Shown here piece by piece: positions 48,874-62,611 of a stretch of 64,000 nucleotides of DNA (within the stretch, counting starts at the first letter, position 1; every line of letters starts with the position of its first letter). Source of the DNA: Octopus sinensis (taxonomy: Eukaryota); assembly GCF_006345805.1 (NCBI RefSeq), contig NC_042997.1, positions 127,906,001 to 127,970,000 on the forward strand, written 5' to 3'. The notes below the pieces were generated by a model that searched no databases, was not told where the DNA came from, and was given only the letters and a program-made list of their open reading frames with translations. A program made the position numbers and the translations under genes.

Positions 48874-49160
48874 CTAATTTCCTTCAAAACAGGATCCTCT
48901 GACTTCAATGCATTTGTTGTAGTGCTGCAGTAAATTTGTGAAGGCCCCATGGATATCCCCCAAAATGAAAGTGTGAATGACCCTTGTCACAGCATTCTTC
49001 ATCCTCTCCTTCAGCTTGAGAAACAATAGAAAATCAAAGGGAGCAAGGTCTGGTTTGTAGGAAGAATGGGGAACAGTTTTGACACCCATCTCTGTTAAAT
49101 TGTTGTTTACCACGATGGAATTGTGGACTGGAGCATTGTCCTGGTGCATTATATCAGCAC
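48874..49160 (-). pseudogene. mariner transposase C-terminal fragment
   Basis: HQDNAPVH...PHSSYKPDLAPFDFLLFLKLKE...KCIEVRGSCFEG. Confidence 0.88.
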
Positions 49161-49270
49161 AGGTGCTCTGGGCCTTTTAGATGAAATCTCTTCCTAAACT
49201 CCCTCAAAACCGCCACAAAGTACTCTTTGTTGACTGTCTGGCTAGAAAGAAACCAATGGATGTTGATAAT

Positions 49271-49433
49271 AGGTGTAGGAGTGGCTGTGTGGTAAGTAGC
49301 TTGCTTGCAAACCACATGGTTCCATGTTCAGCCCCACTGTGTGGCACCTTGGACAAGTGTCTTCTACTATAGCCTCAGGCCAACCAAAACCTTGTGAGTG
49401 GATTTGGTAGACAGAAACTGAAAGACGCCCATC

Positions 49434-49475
<42 letters not shown>

Positions 49476-49713
49476 TGTGTGTGTGTGTGTGAGTTTGTGA
49501 GTGAGTGTGTGTGTGTGTGTTTGTGCATCTGTGTTTGTCCCCCCAACATCGCTTGACAACCAATGCTAGTGTGTTTACATCCCCGTAACTTAGCGGACCG
49601 ATAAAATAAGTACTAGGCTTACAAAGAATAAGTCCTGGGGTTGATTTGCTAAAGGCAGTGCTCCAGCATGGCCACGGTCAAATGACTGAAACAAGTAAAA
49701 GAGTAAAAGAGTA
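49271..49713 (+). mobile_element. Composite SINE family C
   Basis: Internal (TG)n. Confidence 0.92.
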
Positions 49714-52700
49714 TGCCTTCTTAAAAAAGGGGATCGTCTTGATCTTCCCAGTGGACGCACTTTGTTGGGCCTCTTGTGCCAGGGAAAAACAGATACTTGG
49801 CTCATATAAGTTAATCCATAAGAAGTTTAGAGTATTTCATAGGTTTCTTTAGTGATTTTAACCAGTTTCACACAAAATTTTATTGCATAGCAAGTTTCCC
49901 AATTGTCTTCACATCCCAACTGCATATTGCAAACTAATCAGCTGTCAAAAGCAATGTTTAGAAGGGTGTGTTGAAACTGTTGTTACAGCTTGTCTCCTTC
50001 ATTCTAGAATAAAAAAAAGTTGACAGCTCAGCTTATTTGGTGTGCAGAAGTGATATACTAAAATTACATTAGTCAATGACAGTTATAACTGACTCTCTGA
50101 AAAGAGCCTCAAAACTTCTGAAATGCACTTTGCATGTGTATGTGTGTGTGAGTATATATATGATGATGGCTGCCCCCTCATTATTGAGTATGGCCATTGC
50201 ATGAGACTTAACTGTTAACAATGCTGTGATCAAACATAGCTTTTTAGCCCAGCTAAAGATCTACAATGTCTTGTACAGAATTGGCATCTAAAACCTTTGA
50301 CCAGCAATAGCCAGCTGTAATAGAAACTGGGCTTCATGTACTCAAAAACGTAAAGACAGATGAAATACCATTAAGCATTTCACTTGGCATGCTAACGTTT
50401 CTGCCAGTTCACACCTTAGAAAATAAACATTCATTTTTGAAATATATTCTTTATTCTTATTGCCTAAGCATTACTCCCTTACTTCCTTGCTTACTGGCAT
50501 GAAATTTCGAAACATTTTACCTCATAACTCTTTCTCTACAAATTTTTGTTCAATGTGAGTAGTGATTCTGAATTCCTTATGCATTTTTCTATCATTTAAG
50601 CCTAAGAAAGGTATTCTTTTAATTTAAAATTAAAAAATTTATGTTAATTGAAGATGTATACCTTACTGCCCCCCCCCCCCCCATTGAGGTCGCAGATATT
50701 TTTATGTAACTTTTTTTATACTGAACCAAATCTCAAACTATTTATGCTAAAGTGTAGCTGAAGAAGTGTCCTCTTTAAAATTATTAACAGTTTGCAATTT
50801 AGTTGACAACTTAATTAATGGTGAAGCTTGGAAGCTACTGCAATTGACAAAATGGTGGACTTAATTTATTCAACCACTACCTTGGTTGAATGATAAAAAT
50901 ATATAGCCAGACCAGTATATGAATTTACATAATAATATGGTTATGGAAACACACACACACACAACACACACACACACACACACACGCATGCATACACATG
51001 TGTACAAATACACACACACATATTCACATATATATAAATGAACAGGTGTTCAAGCTGTGATTGAACTTAATCATGTGTATATAATTAACACATCATGATT
51101 ACTGTAGATTATATAGATTAAAGTATTGTTTTACTTAGCAACAGAAAAGATAAGAGAAACAATACAGATATTTTTCCATTAGTCTGTTCAAATTAAAGCT
51201 GAAAGCTGGCAGAATTTTTAGCACATCAGACAAAATGTTTAGTAGTAATTCGTCTGTCTTTACCTTCTGAGTTTAAATTCAGCCAAGATCATCTTTGTCA
51301 TACTTTCAGGGTCAATGAAATAAGGACCAGTCAAGCAACTGATGCAATCAACTAGACCCCTACTCAAGAATTTCAGTTCTTGTAGACAGGAAAGGATTAG
51401 ACTGTTCGGATTAAATTTCTTGTAATTATGGCATCTACTACTGAGTGAATAACTTTCTTTTTCATTCCTATAATGAGTTCCAATCCCGTTGGGTTTCATT
51501 TGTTTCCTATTTCTCTTGATTTTTAATAAAATAAGAACCAGTCATATTGATTATGTAGATTTAATTAAACATAAGCATCCTTTATAAATTTTGCGGCATT
51601 TCAGCTAGACTGGAAAGTGTTCTGATTGAATTGCCTTCTTTATAGATGTCAGACATCAAATGTTGAGACATATATCATACAGTCAATACTCCAATTATTC
51701 AGATATAGATATCCAATGTATTTGTTTGGACTGGTTGCAACAGTTGAAAAACTCTATCTGCAATGTTTTTGTTGAGAAACAAAAGGGTTTTTTTTTTTAC
51801 TTTAAAACATTCAAACTATGGCTAAAACTTCACTCGAAGAGGGAAATAACAGATTCTTTTGTACAATAGGTGAATCCAAACACCCAGTCGTCTATGGTGT
51901 AACAGTACTGATTTTAATGACTTGAGTAAGCCAGATTTAATCTGATTTAACTCTTTGGTTCAGTGTACTCTTACACAGATCCTTCAGTGTGTTCCCCAAT
52001 GTTAGTTTTTGTTCTGTGATTGCTATTTGTTTATTAAGGAAGTTTAATGCTGTTCCCACAATTCCATCTCTTGCTTTGGTATAGATTCATCTAGGATCTC
52101 ATTTAAGTCTTTTGACATGTACACTCTTATTGCCATAAGAAGGTTATTGAACAGTAGGAGTGCTTTGAACATTTGGATTTTGTTGCACCTGCTATCCTAG
52201 AAAGGAGAGGACAAAACTTTAGTCACTTTGCAGTGGCACCTACTTAGAGATTAGCACACAAATTTATCAAAGCTTGCAACTAGTCCTTCCATAATCCACC
52301 AAATATAAACGATTGGATATTTTTCCGTCATGCATTTAAGGGGGAAACATCTAATGCTTTCCACAAATTTAGTTGCTGCATAGACGCAATCTTCTTAGCA
52401 TAAGCTTGTTGGAATACTTCCATTTCAGTAGTGTTCTCAAAGCAATAATCCAGACAACAGATAACATGTTTCTACTACACCAGTGGAACAAATACAGTTT
52501 CTTGTTCTCAATATTCTCAAGGTCCATTCTGTAATTTGTTTACATGTTGTTGCTATTTTAGAAATAATATAAATTGAAACACTACATTGGTTCTCATAAT
52601 AATTCCCACAACCATTTCATACAATTCTGACTCTGAGATTGCTGTCTCTCCTCGACATTTCTTTATAAATTCCTGTGAAAATTATTCTGGCGTTTGTAAT

Positions 52701-53584
52701 AAATGCAAATGTCTAATATCGGTAATATTTACGAGGAGGCTGTGATGTTCATGTAGACCTCACCTCAAGAGATTAGTAGCATAAAACAATACAACTAATA
52801 GAGGAAATCTGGTTCTTGACTGAAGATAGAAAGCTTCGAACGACCCGTCCATGTTTTCTTTCTATCATCTATCTGGATGTTTTGTTGTCCCTTTTTGTAT
52901 CACCTAGTTGTCTGGATGTTTTGCATTCTGGTCCCATTTTGTATTATATATTTATATATAATACAGGAAATAGTTATACTACCACCTTCCAATACTATAT
53001 CACAATTTACACTACGTATATTCCACATGATCATGTTCCAGTACAATTTAATACAAATCATATATTCTATGCAATCACCTGTTAACACTACAGCACCATT
53101 CGTATGTAACTTATATAATCACTTCAAGGAAAAGAGGAGATAGCCACTCCAAAATGCTTGCTTCTCATAATGTGGGTAGGTGGTGCTATGAGCTAATTTT
53201 GATGTATTCCCACCATTTGTTTACAGAGAGAAATTTTCTACATGACAAAACACAGTGAATGGCTTTCTTACAGATTGTTTGAACTGGTAATAACCTTGTA
53301 ACCTGTATGGTACTTTTATAAACAGGGCTAAATTAGCTATTTCTCTCTAGGTGAACAACCTACAACCTTAATTGATTTTCAAATCTCATTGGATTCTCAT
53401 CTGAGTCATCTACATCAATTTGACCAATCCCAGAGAAACAAGCAGCCAGTTTGTTTATAAGCTCAACAATTAGATTAGCTAATGAAAACTGGAGCAACTA
53501 ATTTGCATATCATAAGTGATAACGCTTCACTTTAAACAACAGGGGCCAGTCAACAAGGATCTCAGTCCACATACTATTAAAATA

Positions 53585-53748
53585 TAGGTGCAGGAGAGGT
53601 TGTGTGGTAAGTAGCTTGTATACCAACCTCATGGTTGTGGGTTCAGTCCCACTGTGTGGCACCGTGGGTAAGTGTCTTCTGCTCTAGTCTTGGGCTGACC
53701 AAAGCCTTGCGAGTAGATTTGGTAGATGGAAACTGAAAGAAGCATGTC

Positions 53749-53796
<48 letters not shown>

Positions 53797-54000
53797 GTGT
53801 GTGTTTATGTTTGTCCACTACTATCACTTGACAACCGATGTTGGTGCGTTTACGTCTCCGTAGCTTAGCAGTTTGGCAAAAGAGACCAATAGGATAAGTG
53901 CTAGGCTTACAAAGAATTAAGTCCTGGGGTCAATTTGTTCGACTAAATGTGGTGCTCCAGCATGGCTGCAGTCAAGTGACTGAAACAAGTAAAAGAGTAT
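53585..54000 (+). mobile_element. Composite SINE family C
   Basis: Internal (TG)n. Confidence 0.9.
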
Positions 54001-54014
54001 ATAAAATATGTAAC

Positions 54015-54297
54015 CGATGCCAGCACCACCCTGACTGGCCTCCATGCTGGTGGCACATAAAAAGCACCAACCCGATCATGGCCATTGCCAGCCATTGCCG
54101 GTGGCACATAAAAAGCACCCACTACCCTCATGGAGTGGTTGGCATTAGGAAGGGCATCCAGCTGTAGAAACACTGCTAGATCAGACTGGAGCCTGGTGCA
54201 GCTTCCTGGCTTCCCAGACCCCGGTCAAACCATCCAACCCATGCTAGCATGGAAAACAGACGTTAAACGATGATGATGATGATGATGATGATGATGT
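54015..54297 (+). mobile_element. V-domain-like SINE, 5'-truncated
   Basis: GGCATTAGGAAGGGCATCCAGCTGTAGAAA; (GAT)n tail. Confidence 0.85.
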
Positions 54298-54520
54298 AAC
54301 CTAAATAGCATCTTTATAAAACAGGGTTGATGTAGCTGTTTGTCTATAGATTGTAAAAATGGTGAACAAGCTTAATCAGTTTTCAAATCTTATTGGATTC
54401 TCATCTGACATGTCTACATCAATTTAACCAGTCCTATCACATACACTTCACAATCACTTCCCAACATTATAATACAATCTAAGATGGTGAGCTGGCTGAA
54501 TCATTAGCATATCGTTAGGA

Positions 54521-54691
54521 TAGGTGTAGGAGTGGCTGTGTGGTAAGTAGCTTGCTTACCAACCACATGGTTCTGGGTTCAGTCCCATTGTGTGGCACCT
54601 TGGGCAAGTGTCTTCTACAATAGCCTCGGGCCAACCAAAGCCTTGTGAGTGGATTTGGTAGACAGAAACTGAAAGAAGCCCGTCATATACA

Positions 54692-54747
<56 letters not shown>

Positions 54748-55005
54748 CGTATATATATATGTCTGTGTGTGTGTGTCTTTGTGACTGTGTTTGCTCCCTG
54801 CTATCTCTTGACAACTGGTGTTGGTTCATTTATGTCCCTGTAACTTAGCAGTTCAGCAAAAGATACCAATGAAATAAGTACCAGGCTTTAGAAAAAATAA
54901 TAAGTAAGTACTGGGTTTAATTCATTCAACTAAACATACTTCAAGTTGGTGGCCCAGCATGACCGTAGTCCAATGACTGAAAGAAGTAGAAGATAAAGAT
55001 AAAAA
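54521..55005 (+). mobile_element. Composite SINE family C
   Basis: Internal (TA)n(TG)n. Confidence 0.88.
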
Positions 55006-55029
55006 GATGGCCAGCACATAAGAAAATTG

Positions 55030-55815
55030 AACAAGGGAGAGATAGATAAGGAAAAAACCTATGTATTGGCTTGAAAGAACAGGATTCAAAGCTTTGGTCA
55101 AATGATTATTGATTGCAGTACAATCCCAAAAAGGAAATGCTTCCTAACTGAAGTACAATTTCCAACAGATGATAATCTATCTCTAAAAGAAATTGAGACA
55201 TTATCTAAATGTAATGATCTAGAAATGCTGATAACCAGAATTGGGGGGTGGGAGCTGAAAACAAAGACATTTCCTATAATAATTGGTGCATTGGAAACGA
55301 CAAAGAAACAAGCATGCAGATAAATACACAACCTGAAACCTAGGAATTTCAAATGTAAACAACACTGGGAAAATAGCACTACAAGGCACTACATATTGCA
55401 TAATACAAAATACTGGATGCACTCAAGTTACATTACTCTGCATTCAGCTGTGCAGGGAAAGCGAACAACAACAATGAGAAATAAGATCAAACAACAAAAG
55501 CTGTAAAGCAACTAAAATCTAAGCTAAAACTGGAATTTCAAAATACCATGATAGAATGATGGGAAGAAAAGCCCATACAGGGTTAATACTGGATAAGCTA
55601 AAAAGGAGAGAAATAGACAAAGTAAAATCGTTAACAATAGTTAAGAAGCTCTGGACTCAAAATAGAGGCTGAAAGAAATCAAAAAAGTAGATATATATAT
55701 CTGAACCTTAAGAGAGATATAAGCAGGTTGTGGTGTTGCAGAAAAAGTGAGGTCATGCCAATTGTCATTGGAGCCTTAGGAACGGTGGGTAAGAGGCTCA
55801 AAGAGTGGACAAAAT
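55030..55815 (+). mobile_element. Two decayed RLE-domain fragments of R4/Dong-like LINEs
   Basis: KCFLTEVQFPTDDNLSLKEIETLSKCNDLE...FPIIIGAL; ISRLWCCRKSEVMPIVIGALGTV. Confidence 0.7.
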
Positions 55816-56920
55816 GCCATTAAGCACTCAGCTCAATGTGCTAACAATTCTGCCAGCTCGCTGCTTTTATAATAATCTTTTCTTCTCTAGGCACAAGGCC
55901 TCAAATTTGGTGGGAGGGGACTAGTTGATTACATTGACCCCCAGTGTTTTACTCGTACTTAATTTATTGATCCCGAAAGGATGAAATGCAAAGTCAACTT
56001 TGGTGGAATTTGAACTCAGAACATAAGGACAGACAAAATGCTGCTAAGCATTTCACCTGGCATGTTAATGATTCTGCCAGCTTGCTGCCTTGTTGGGAAG
56101 GTGACCACTCAATTACATTGACCCTAGTGCTTCACTGATGCTTAATTTATTGACCCAAAAGGATGAAAAGCAAAGTCAACCTCAACAGAAATTGAACTCA
56201 GAACATAACAGTGGACAAAATGCCACTAAGCATTTTGCTCAGCATGCTAACAATTCTGCCAGCTCGCCGCCTTTATAGTAATAATAATGATAAACATGAT
56301 AATAATAATTGTTTCAAATTTCTGGAATTAGGCCAGCAACTTTTAAGGTGGAGGAAGTCACTTAGTTACAACGACCCAGTACTTGAATGGTACTTATTCT
56401 ATCAACTTCAAAACAAGATGAAAAGTTATAGTGACCTTAGGTAGATTTCAACTCTGACGAAATACTGCAAAATATTTTTCCCTATGCTCTAACAATGCTG
56501 CCAGTTCACTACTCTAATAATATAAATAATAATAATAATGCTTTAAAATTTTACCACAATGGCAGCGATTTGATGAAGAGCAAAGCTGACCATAGCAGAA
56601 TTTGAACTCAGAATGTAAAGACAGGTGAAATACCCCTATGCAATTCTGCCAGCTCACTGCCTTACTAAGGGATGATAGTAGTAGTAATAATAATAATAAT
56701 AATAATAAACCTTTCTACTATAGACACAAGGCCTGCAATTTGGGGAGGGGATAGTCGATTTCATCAACCCCAGTGTGTAACTGGTACTTATTTCATCAAC
56801 CTTGAAAGGATGAAAGGCAAAGTCCACCTCGACAGAATTTGGATTCAGAACATGGCAATGGACGAAATATCACTAAGCATTTTGCCTGGCATACTAACAA
56901 TTCTCCCAGATTGCCACCTT
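55815..56920 (-). mobile_element. Cluster of about five to six old family M (tail B) SINE copies, all minus strand, separated by (TAA)n remnants
   Basis: Repeated AAAGTCAAC...GAATTTGAACTCAGAA...GCATTT...CTGCCAGCT. Confidence 0.8.
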
Positions 56921-57181
56921 AAGAAGAAGAAGAAGCAAAGAAGAAGAAGAAGAAGAAGAAGAAGAAGAAGAAGAAGAAGAAGAAGGAGGAGGAGGAGGAG
57001 CAGCAGCAGCAGCAGCAGGAGGAGCAGGAGGGGCGAAGAGGGGAGGAGGAGGAGGAGGAGAAGAAGAAGAAGAAGAAGAAGAAGAAGAAGAAGAAGAAGA
57101 AGAAGAAGAAGAAGAAGAAGAAGAAGAAGAAGAAGAAGAAGAAGAAGAAGAAGAAGAAGAAGAAGAAGAAGAAGAAGAAGA
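56921..57181 (+). repeat. Compound (GAA)n/(GGA)n/(CAG)n tract
   Basis: About 260 bp of almost pure purine; source of the poly-R and poly-S ORFs. Confidence 0.97.
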
Positions 57182-57539
57182 CAATAGCAGCAACAACAAA
57201 TATTGTTTTGTAAGATTTATAAGTTTAAGATGATAATAAGGTTTTGAAAAGTTTAGTTCTGTAGTTTTGGGTATAATTCACCCTTAATCCTTTTTGAAAT
57301 CCCCAAGTTTAGAACCTGCTGCAACAACAAACAAACACCAGCTAAATTATGCTTTTAATTCTTTTTCTTTTTCTTATTTGGAGGCAAAGAGCCATTTTGC
57401 TTTTTTTTTTTTTTTTGATTTGTGTGTTTTGGGGCATTTCCATAAAGGAAACGTAAAATGCAATTAGTGTTTTTTTTAATAGCTTTCTCTATTGTTTTTT
57501 CTTTTCATTGATAAAAAGAGTCTTTTTTTTCTGGCAGAG

Positions 57540-57576
57540 AATAAGCATTTGCATACACACATATACCAGAATATGT

Positions 57577-57614
<38 letters not shown>

Positions 57615-57749
57615 TATATATACATACATATACACACACACACATCTATACAGACACACATATATACACACATATACAAACACACACATATATATATATA
57701 TAAATATGTATTATATATATGTACATATACATATATATATATATAATAT

Positions 57750-57797
<48 letters not shown>

Positions 57798-57887
57798 TAC
57801 ATATATGTGTGTGTGCGTATATATATATGTGTGTGATGTGTGTGTATGTATAAACATGCATATCTATAAGTATATATTATATATATG

Positions 57888-57919
<32 letters not shown>

Positions 57920-57974
57920 TATACTAATATATATGTATGTGTGTGCATGTATATATATATATATACATATATAC

Positions 57975-58024
<50 letters not shown>

Positions 58025-58345
58025 TATTTGTATATATATACAATATATGTATACACACACACATGGCCACAGCTTTGAAGTTGAAACAATTTAAGGAATT
58101 CAAAGAATTAAGAATATATATGTAACTCTTGTATATTTATATATATATATTTACATTTATGCATATTTGCACATATACACACACATATATATGTGTGTTT
58201 GTGAGTGTATAGATATAGATAGATAGATGTATCTTTACATACACATATGTATGCATATGTATGTATGCATGTATGTATGTATGTATGTATGTATGTATGT
58301 ATGTATGTATGTATGTATGTATGTATGTATGTATAAGTATGTATG
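57540..58345. repeat. Compound (TA)n/(CA)n/(TATG)n microsatellite field
   Basis: Direct reading. Confidence 0.95.
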
Positions 58346-59119
58346 TGTATACATATGTATGTCAGGAAATTTTATAAGCTCAGGCCTCTTTTCTCTTTGC
58401 CATTTAACAGCTATGTTGTATAATTCCATAGCAATATGGGGAGAAATACTTCTGTATGATGGAAGAAGAAATGATGGCATTATTGATTCAGTTTAGAGGA
58501 TCAAGAAATAGCTTTTTAATTGGGTTTCAGTTGCCTCATCATTGTATCAGCTTGCTATCAAAAAAAAAAAAGAGAAAAGCAAAAAACAGAATATCACAGT
58601 TCTTCTGTTTTACATTCCAAATCTGAATAGGCATTCACTGAAAATGTGGCTCTTTTTTCATTGTTAATTATTTAACATATTCCAAAGAGATTGCTTGTTA
58701 TTTCTCTGAAAGAACACATTAGAAAAGTATTAGGTAATACTTAATCAGATTCTACCTCTTCAGCCCCTTGCAAGCCCTTCTAAGTTGTCATTATTACTCA
58801 TTTATTGCTGTTTTGTCTCCCTCTGCTGAAAAATTGTTTCAGGTATTCAGTGTCATTTCATTTCTCTCCAGTTATCTTCTATAAAAAAATGTGATGCAAT
58901 TTAAGTCCTCAGCAAACTAGAGTGAAATACACATACACATATATATTTATATTATTACTCTTTATGTCCTTATATGTTCTTTCCCTTACATAAAGGCTAT
59001 GTGGAACAGTCCATTCTCAGAGAGTATCTCTACTATATATTTTTTTTTCTTTACATTAGCAACATGACAAGCAAACCATTTCTCATATTCTAGATTTCAG
59101 CTGAAGTGTTTCCTTTATA

Positions 59120-59435
59120 TAAATAATACCCGGAAGAGTCTATTTCTGAAAGGATCTCCACTATAATTTTTTTTCCCTCACATGAGCAATATTTGGAAAT
59201 GTCTATTCTCTGAAAGATTCTCCACAATAAATTTTCCCTTGCATTAACAATATCTAGAAGAGTCCACTCTCAAAAACACTCTTCACTATAAATTTTCCCG
59301 CACATAACGATATCTACAAAAAAAATCCATTATTTTCAGAAAGTTTCTTCACAAATATTCTCCCCTTGCGTGAGAAGTATCTAGAATGTATGAGAAGTAT
59401 CTGGAATCATCCAGTCTCAGAAAGGATCTCCAGTA
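59120..59435 (+). repeat. Degenerate minisatellite, period about 61-66 bp, about 5 copies
   Basis: Anchors TCTYCAC/GWA at 59155, 59219, 59280, 59346, 59427. Confidence 0.65.
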
Positions 59436-59439
59436 TGAG

Positions 59440-60330
59440 GATTGGTTGAAAAGTTCAGCATAGTCCGCCTTGCGATCCTCACACTTCTTCCTTCAATGTT
59501 GCAGAGCTTGGATCCTATTGATGAAGAAACTTTTATCCTGTCAGTCAAAAAATTCAACAGCAGACATGACATCATCATTACTGTGTTTTTTCATGTTGGA
59601 GAACAGATGATCCTCAGATGGGGTCAAATCAGGAGAATAGGAAGAGTGGTCAACTAGTTCAAAGCCACAGTTGAACACAGCACCCATTGAAACCAAGGGC
59701 TTGTGTGCTGGAGCATTGTCCTGATGAAACAAAATCTCTTTCATCAGTTTTTCTGGACGTTTGGTCTTGACAGCCTTTCATAATTGCCCCAGCAAGTTGA
59801 CATAGTAATCTCCATTGATGATGTATCTCTTTTGAAGAAAGTCAGTAAACACAATGCCTTATGCATCCCCAAGATTTGAGGCTGTCAACTTCCCTACAAA
59901 TGAAAAGACCATGGTCTTCTTTGAAGCAGGAGAGGAGTGTTTCCATTGCATGGATTGTCTCATTGTCTCTGGCTCAAAACGGTGAACCAAACTCTCATCT
60001 TTGGTTAGGAAACATTCAAATAAACTAGCTAGATCTGCTTCAAACAATATCAGATTTTCCTGTGGTGTGATCAGCCTGGTGCACTTTTGATCAAGTGCCA
60101 GAAGATGTGGCACCCACTGAGCTGAAACCATCAACATGTCAAGTTCATTATGCAGAATATCCTCAACTCTCACAAAGAATATGCTAATAGCATTGGCTAT
60201 TTGATTTATGGTGAATCACTTGTAATCCATCATCATGTGGTGAACATGATTAATGCTTTCCTCAGTGGTGGAAGACTGTCCCTTTCCACTCTGTATTCAG
60301 CTACCCTCTTTTCATAGTAAATAAAGCTGA
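59440..60330 (-). pseudogene. mariner transposase pseudogene, irritans/Hsmar2-like
   Basis: VSAQWVPHLL; LTKDESLVHRFEPETMRQSMQWKH; FHQDNAPAH; SYSPDLTPSEDHLF. Confidence 0.9.
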
Positions 60331-61185
60331 AAAGTCATCCCCTAGTATAGCAACCATGTCATCATGAATATCGTTGGGGTAGGGGTAAACCCTCTTTCTA
60401 CAGATACTCGCTAACTCTACGATGCTAAATTTTGTCCATTTTCAAGAGAAAATCGCTACCAGTTACTTTTGAAGTCATCTTTGAACAGTCATATGTCAGT
60501 TTGCCTGAAAAGAAACAATGCAGTTATTAATAAGAAGGGTTGAAATTAATGCATGCAAGATTTCACAGCTGTAGCCTCACTCCTTCATAAAACAGCCAAT
60601 GAACCTGTCAGCCTACCCTCATATATTCTTACCCTCACATAAGCAATTCTAGCTCAGTCCATTTTGAGAATCAATCTCCATCAGTCTTCCGTTTTCTAAG
60701 TAATAACTTTTCAGGACATATTCAAAAAATGCCCTTCTGTATAAGCCCTCGACTCCCTTTCCTTCAGATAACTAATTTCCATTTTCATACCTGAAAAAAA
60801 AAATGAAAAAAAACCCCAAAGAATCTGAAAGAATTTAACAAAAGGACCACTCAAAGCCAGTGTTTTCCTGACAACCAAAACTTATATTCCTTCCTGTGAC
60901 TGACATCTTCTGTCCCACTACATTATATTGGTGACTGAACACCATTTATAAGGAACGTAAGTGGATTTTTGGCTGCACAGCTGGACAAGGTTTTGATTGA
61001 CAAGCCCATAACTTTGACTTAGCTGTTAATTCTTGTACTTTACTTCAGCTCTTAATAACTTCAGATTTAAGCCACTGAGAGAGATTCTATGTGGTCATAT
61101 CACCTACTGGAAAATGCAACCAAATTCCATCAAATCATGTCTAAACAACTTTTAAAAAAATGGACATATTAAATAAAGTGGTCTT

Positions 61186-61418
61186 AAGGCAATGAGCTGG
61201 CAGAAACGTTAGCACGCCAGGTGAAATGCTTAGCGGTGTTTCGTCTGCCGCTACGTTCTGAGTTCAAATTCCGCCGGGGTTGACTTTGCCTTTCATCCTT
61301 TCTGGGTCCATTAAATAAGTACCAGTTATGCACTGGGGTCGATATAATTGACTTAATCCATTTGTCTGTCCTTGTTTGTCCCTTCTGTGTTTAGTCCCTT
61401 GTGGGTAGTAAAGAAATA
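61186..61418 (+). mobile_element. SINE family M, tail A
   Basis: Full length; GGTCTTA at 61180-61186 and 61419-61425. Confidence 0.93.
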
Positions 61419-61423
61419 GGTCT

Positions 61424-61950
61424 TAGTTAGTTAGTTAGTTAGTTAATTTTTTGGCTCAAAAAGCAAAAAGCAAGGCCATGTAGGGGGACATGGAGTTATG
61501 TACAGGGTGGTGTTCATGTAAAGAGTTCAGGCCACTTGTGGTCAAGGGAGACTTTGAACTGAGCGGTCGTCGGCATCTTCACCATCTCATCCGGCAGCTT
61601 ATTCCACAGATCCGCAACCCGGACGGAGAAAGCCCCTCTCCTTCGATTGAGATGAAATCGTCGCAGATAGAGCTTTTTGGAATGACCCCGCAGCCGACGC
61701 TCCGGAGCAGGAGTGAAGAACTGCTCCTTCGAGAGGTTACACTTTCTGCTTATGATGTTGTGAGCAAAAATGAGATCACCACGGCGTCGTCGTTTTTCTA
61801 GAGAATAAAGGTCGAGCGTCTTCAGCCTTTCTTCATAAGACAAATTCTTGAGACCAAGAACCATGCGGGTAGCCAGCTTCTGGACTCTTTCGAGATGCTG
61901 TATGTCTTTGAGGAGATAAGTTGAATTATACCAGGAGAAAAATGATTCAG
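61424..61950 (-). mobile_element. CR1-clade LINE, 5'-truncated 3' end with (TAAC)n tail
   Basis: DIQHLERVQKLATRMV.GL..LSYEERLKTLDLYSLEKRRRRGDLI...RGH..KL...FSVRVADLWNKLP; reading frame open from 61514 to 61954. Confidence 0.93.
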
Positions 61951-62611
61951 TCACAGCTAGAAAGTTTTTGATTATAGACCTACTAGATGATGGCTGACCA
62001 GGGGCTAAATAACAACTACACTAACTATTGACCTTTCAATTTTACAATTTACCTCAGTTTATGACCAATACATTTCCTCAGATATTGGCCAGTGAACACA
62101 GTTAATCTTATCAACACTTATCTGGACTACAGCTTAGTTGTTAAGCTCAACACAGAACCTGGTGTATACAAGCAAAACCAGGAAGCCGCTATGCTGGCAT
62201 TCAGAGAGCAAGCAATAGCACCCAAATCTCCCTCAAATCACACCTTAATGTTCTAAAAGAGAAACAAAGATGCATTATATGTCACCATGACTGTGATCGA
62301 CCAGGCTATCAGATGTTGCTACACATCGCTGGTCACAATGCACTTCGCATTGTTTTAACCGTCAAATGGTGCCACCCAGCTGGCTAAGAGAGCAGGCCAA
62401 CAGTGTGAGAGAAAGTTGTGGTGAAAGAGTACCGCAGGGATCACCACCATCCCCTGCCAAAGCACCATGGAGCTTTAGGTGTTTTCGCTCAATAAACACT
62501 CACAACGCCCAGTCTGGGAATTAAAACCCCGATCCTAATGCCCTAACCAATACCTTCAAAAAGTAAGACCAATTATCCCTCAACAGTTTTCCACTTGGTT
62601 AGACTAGACCA

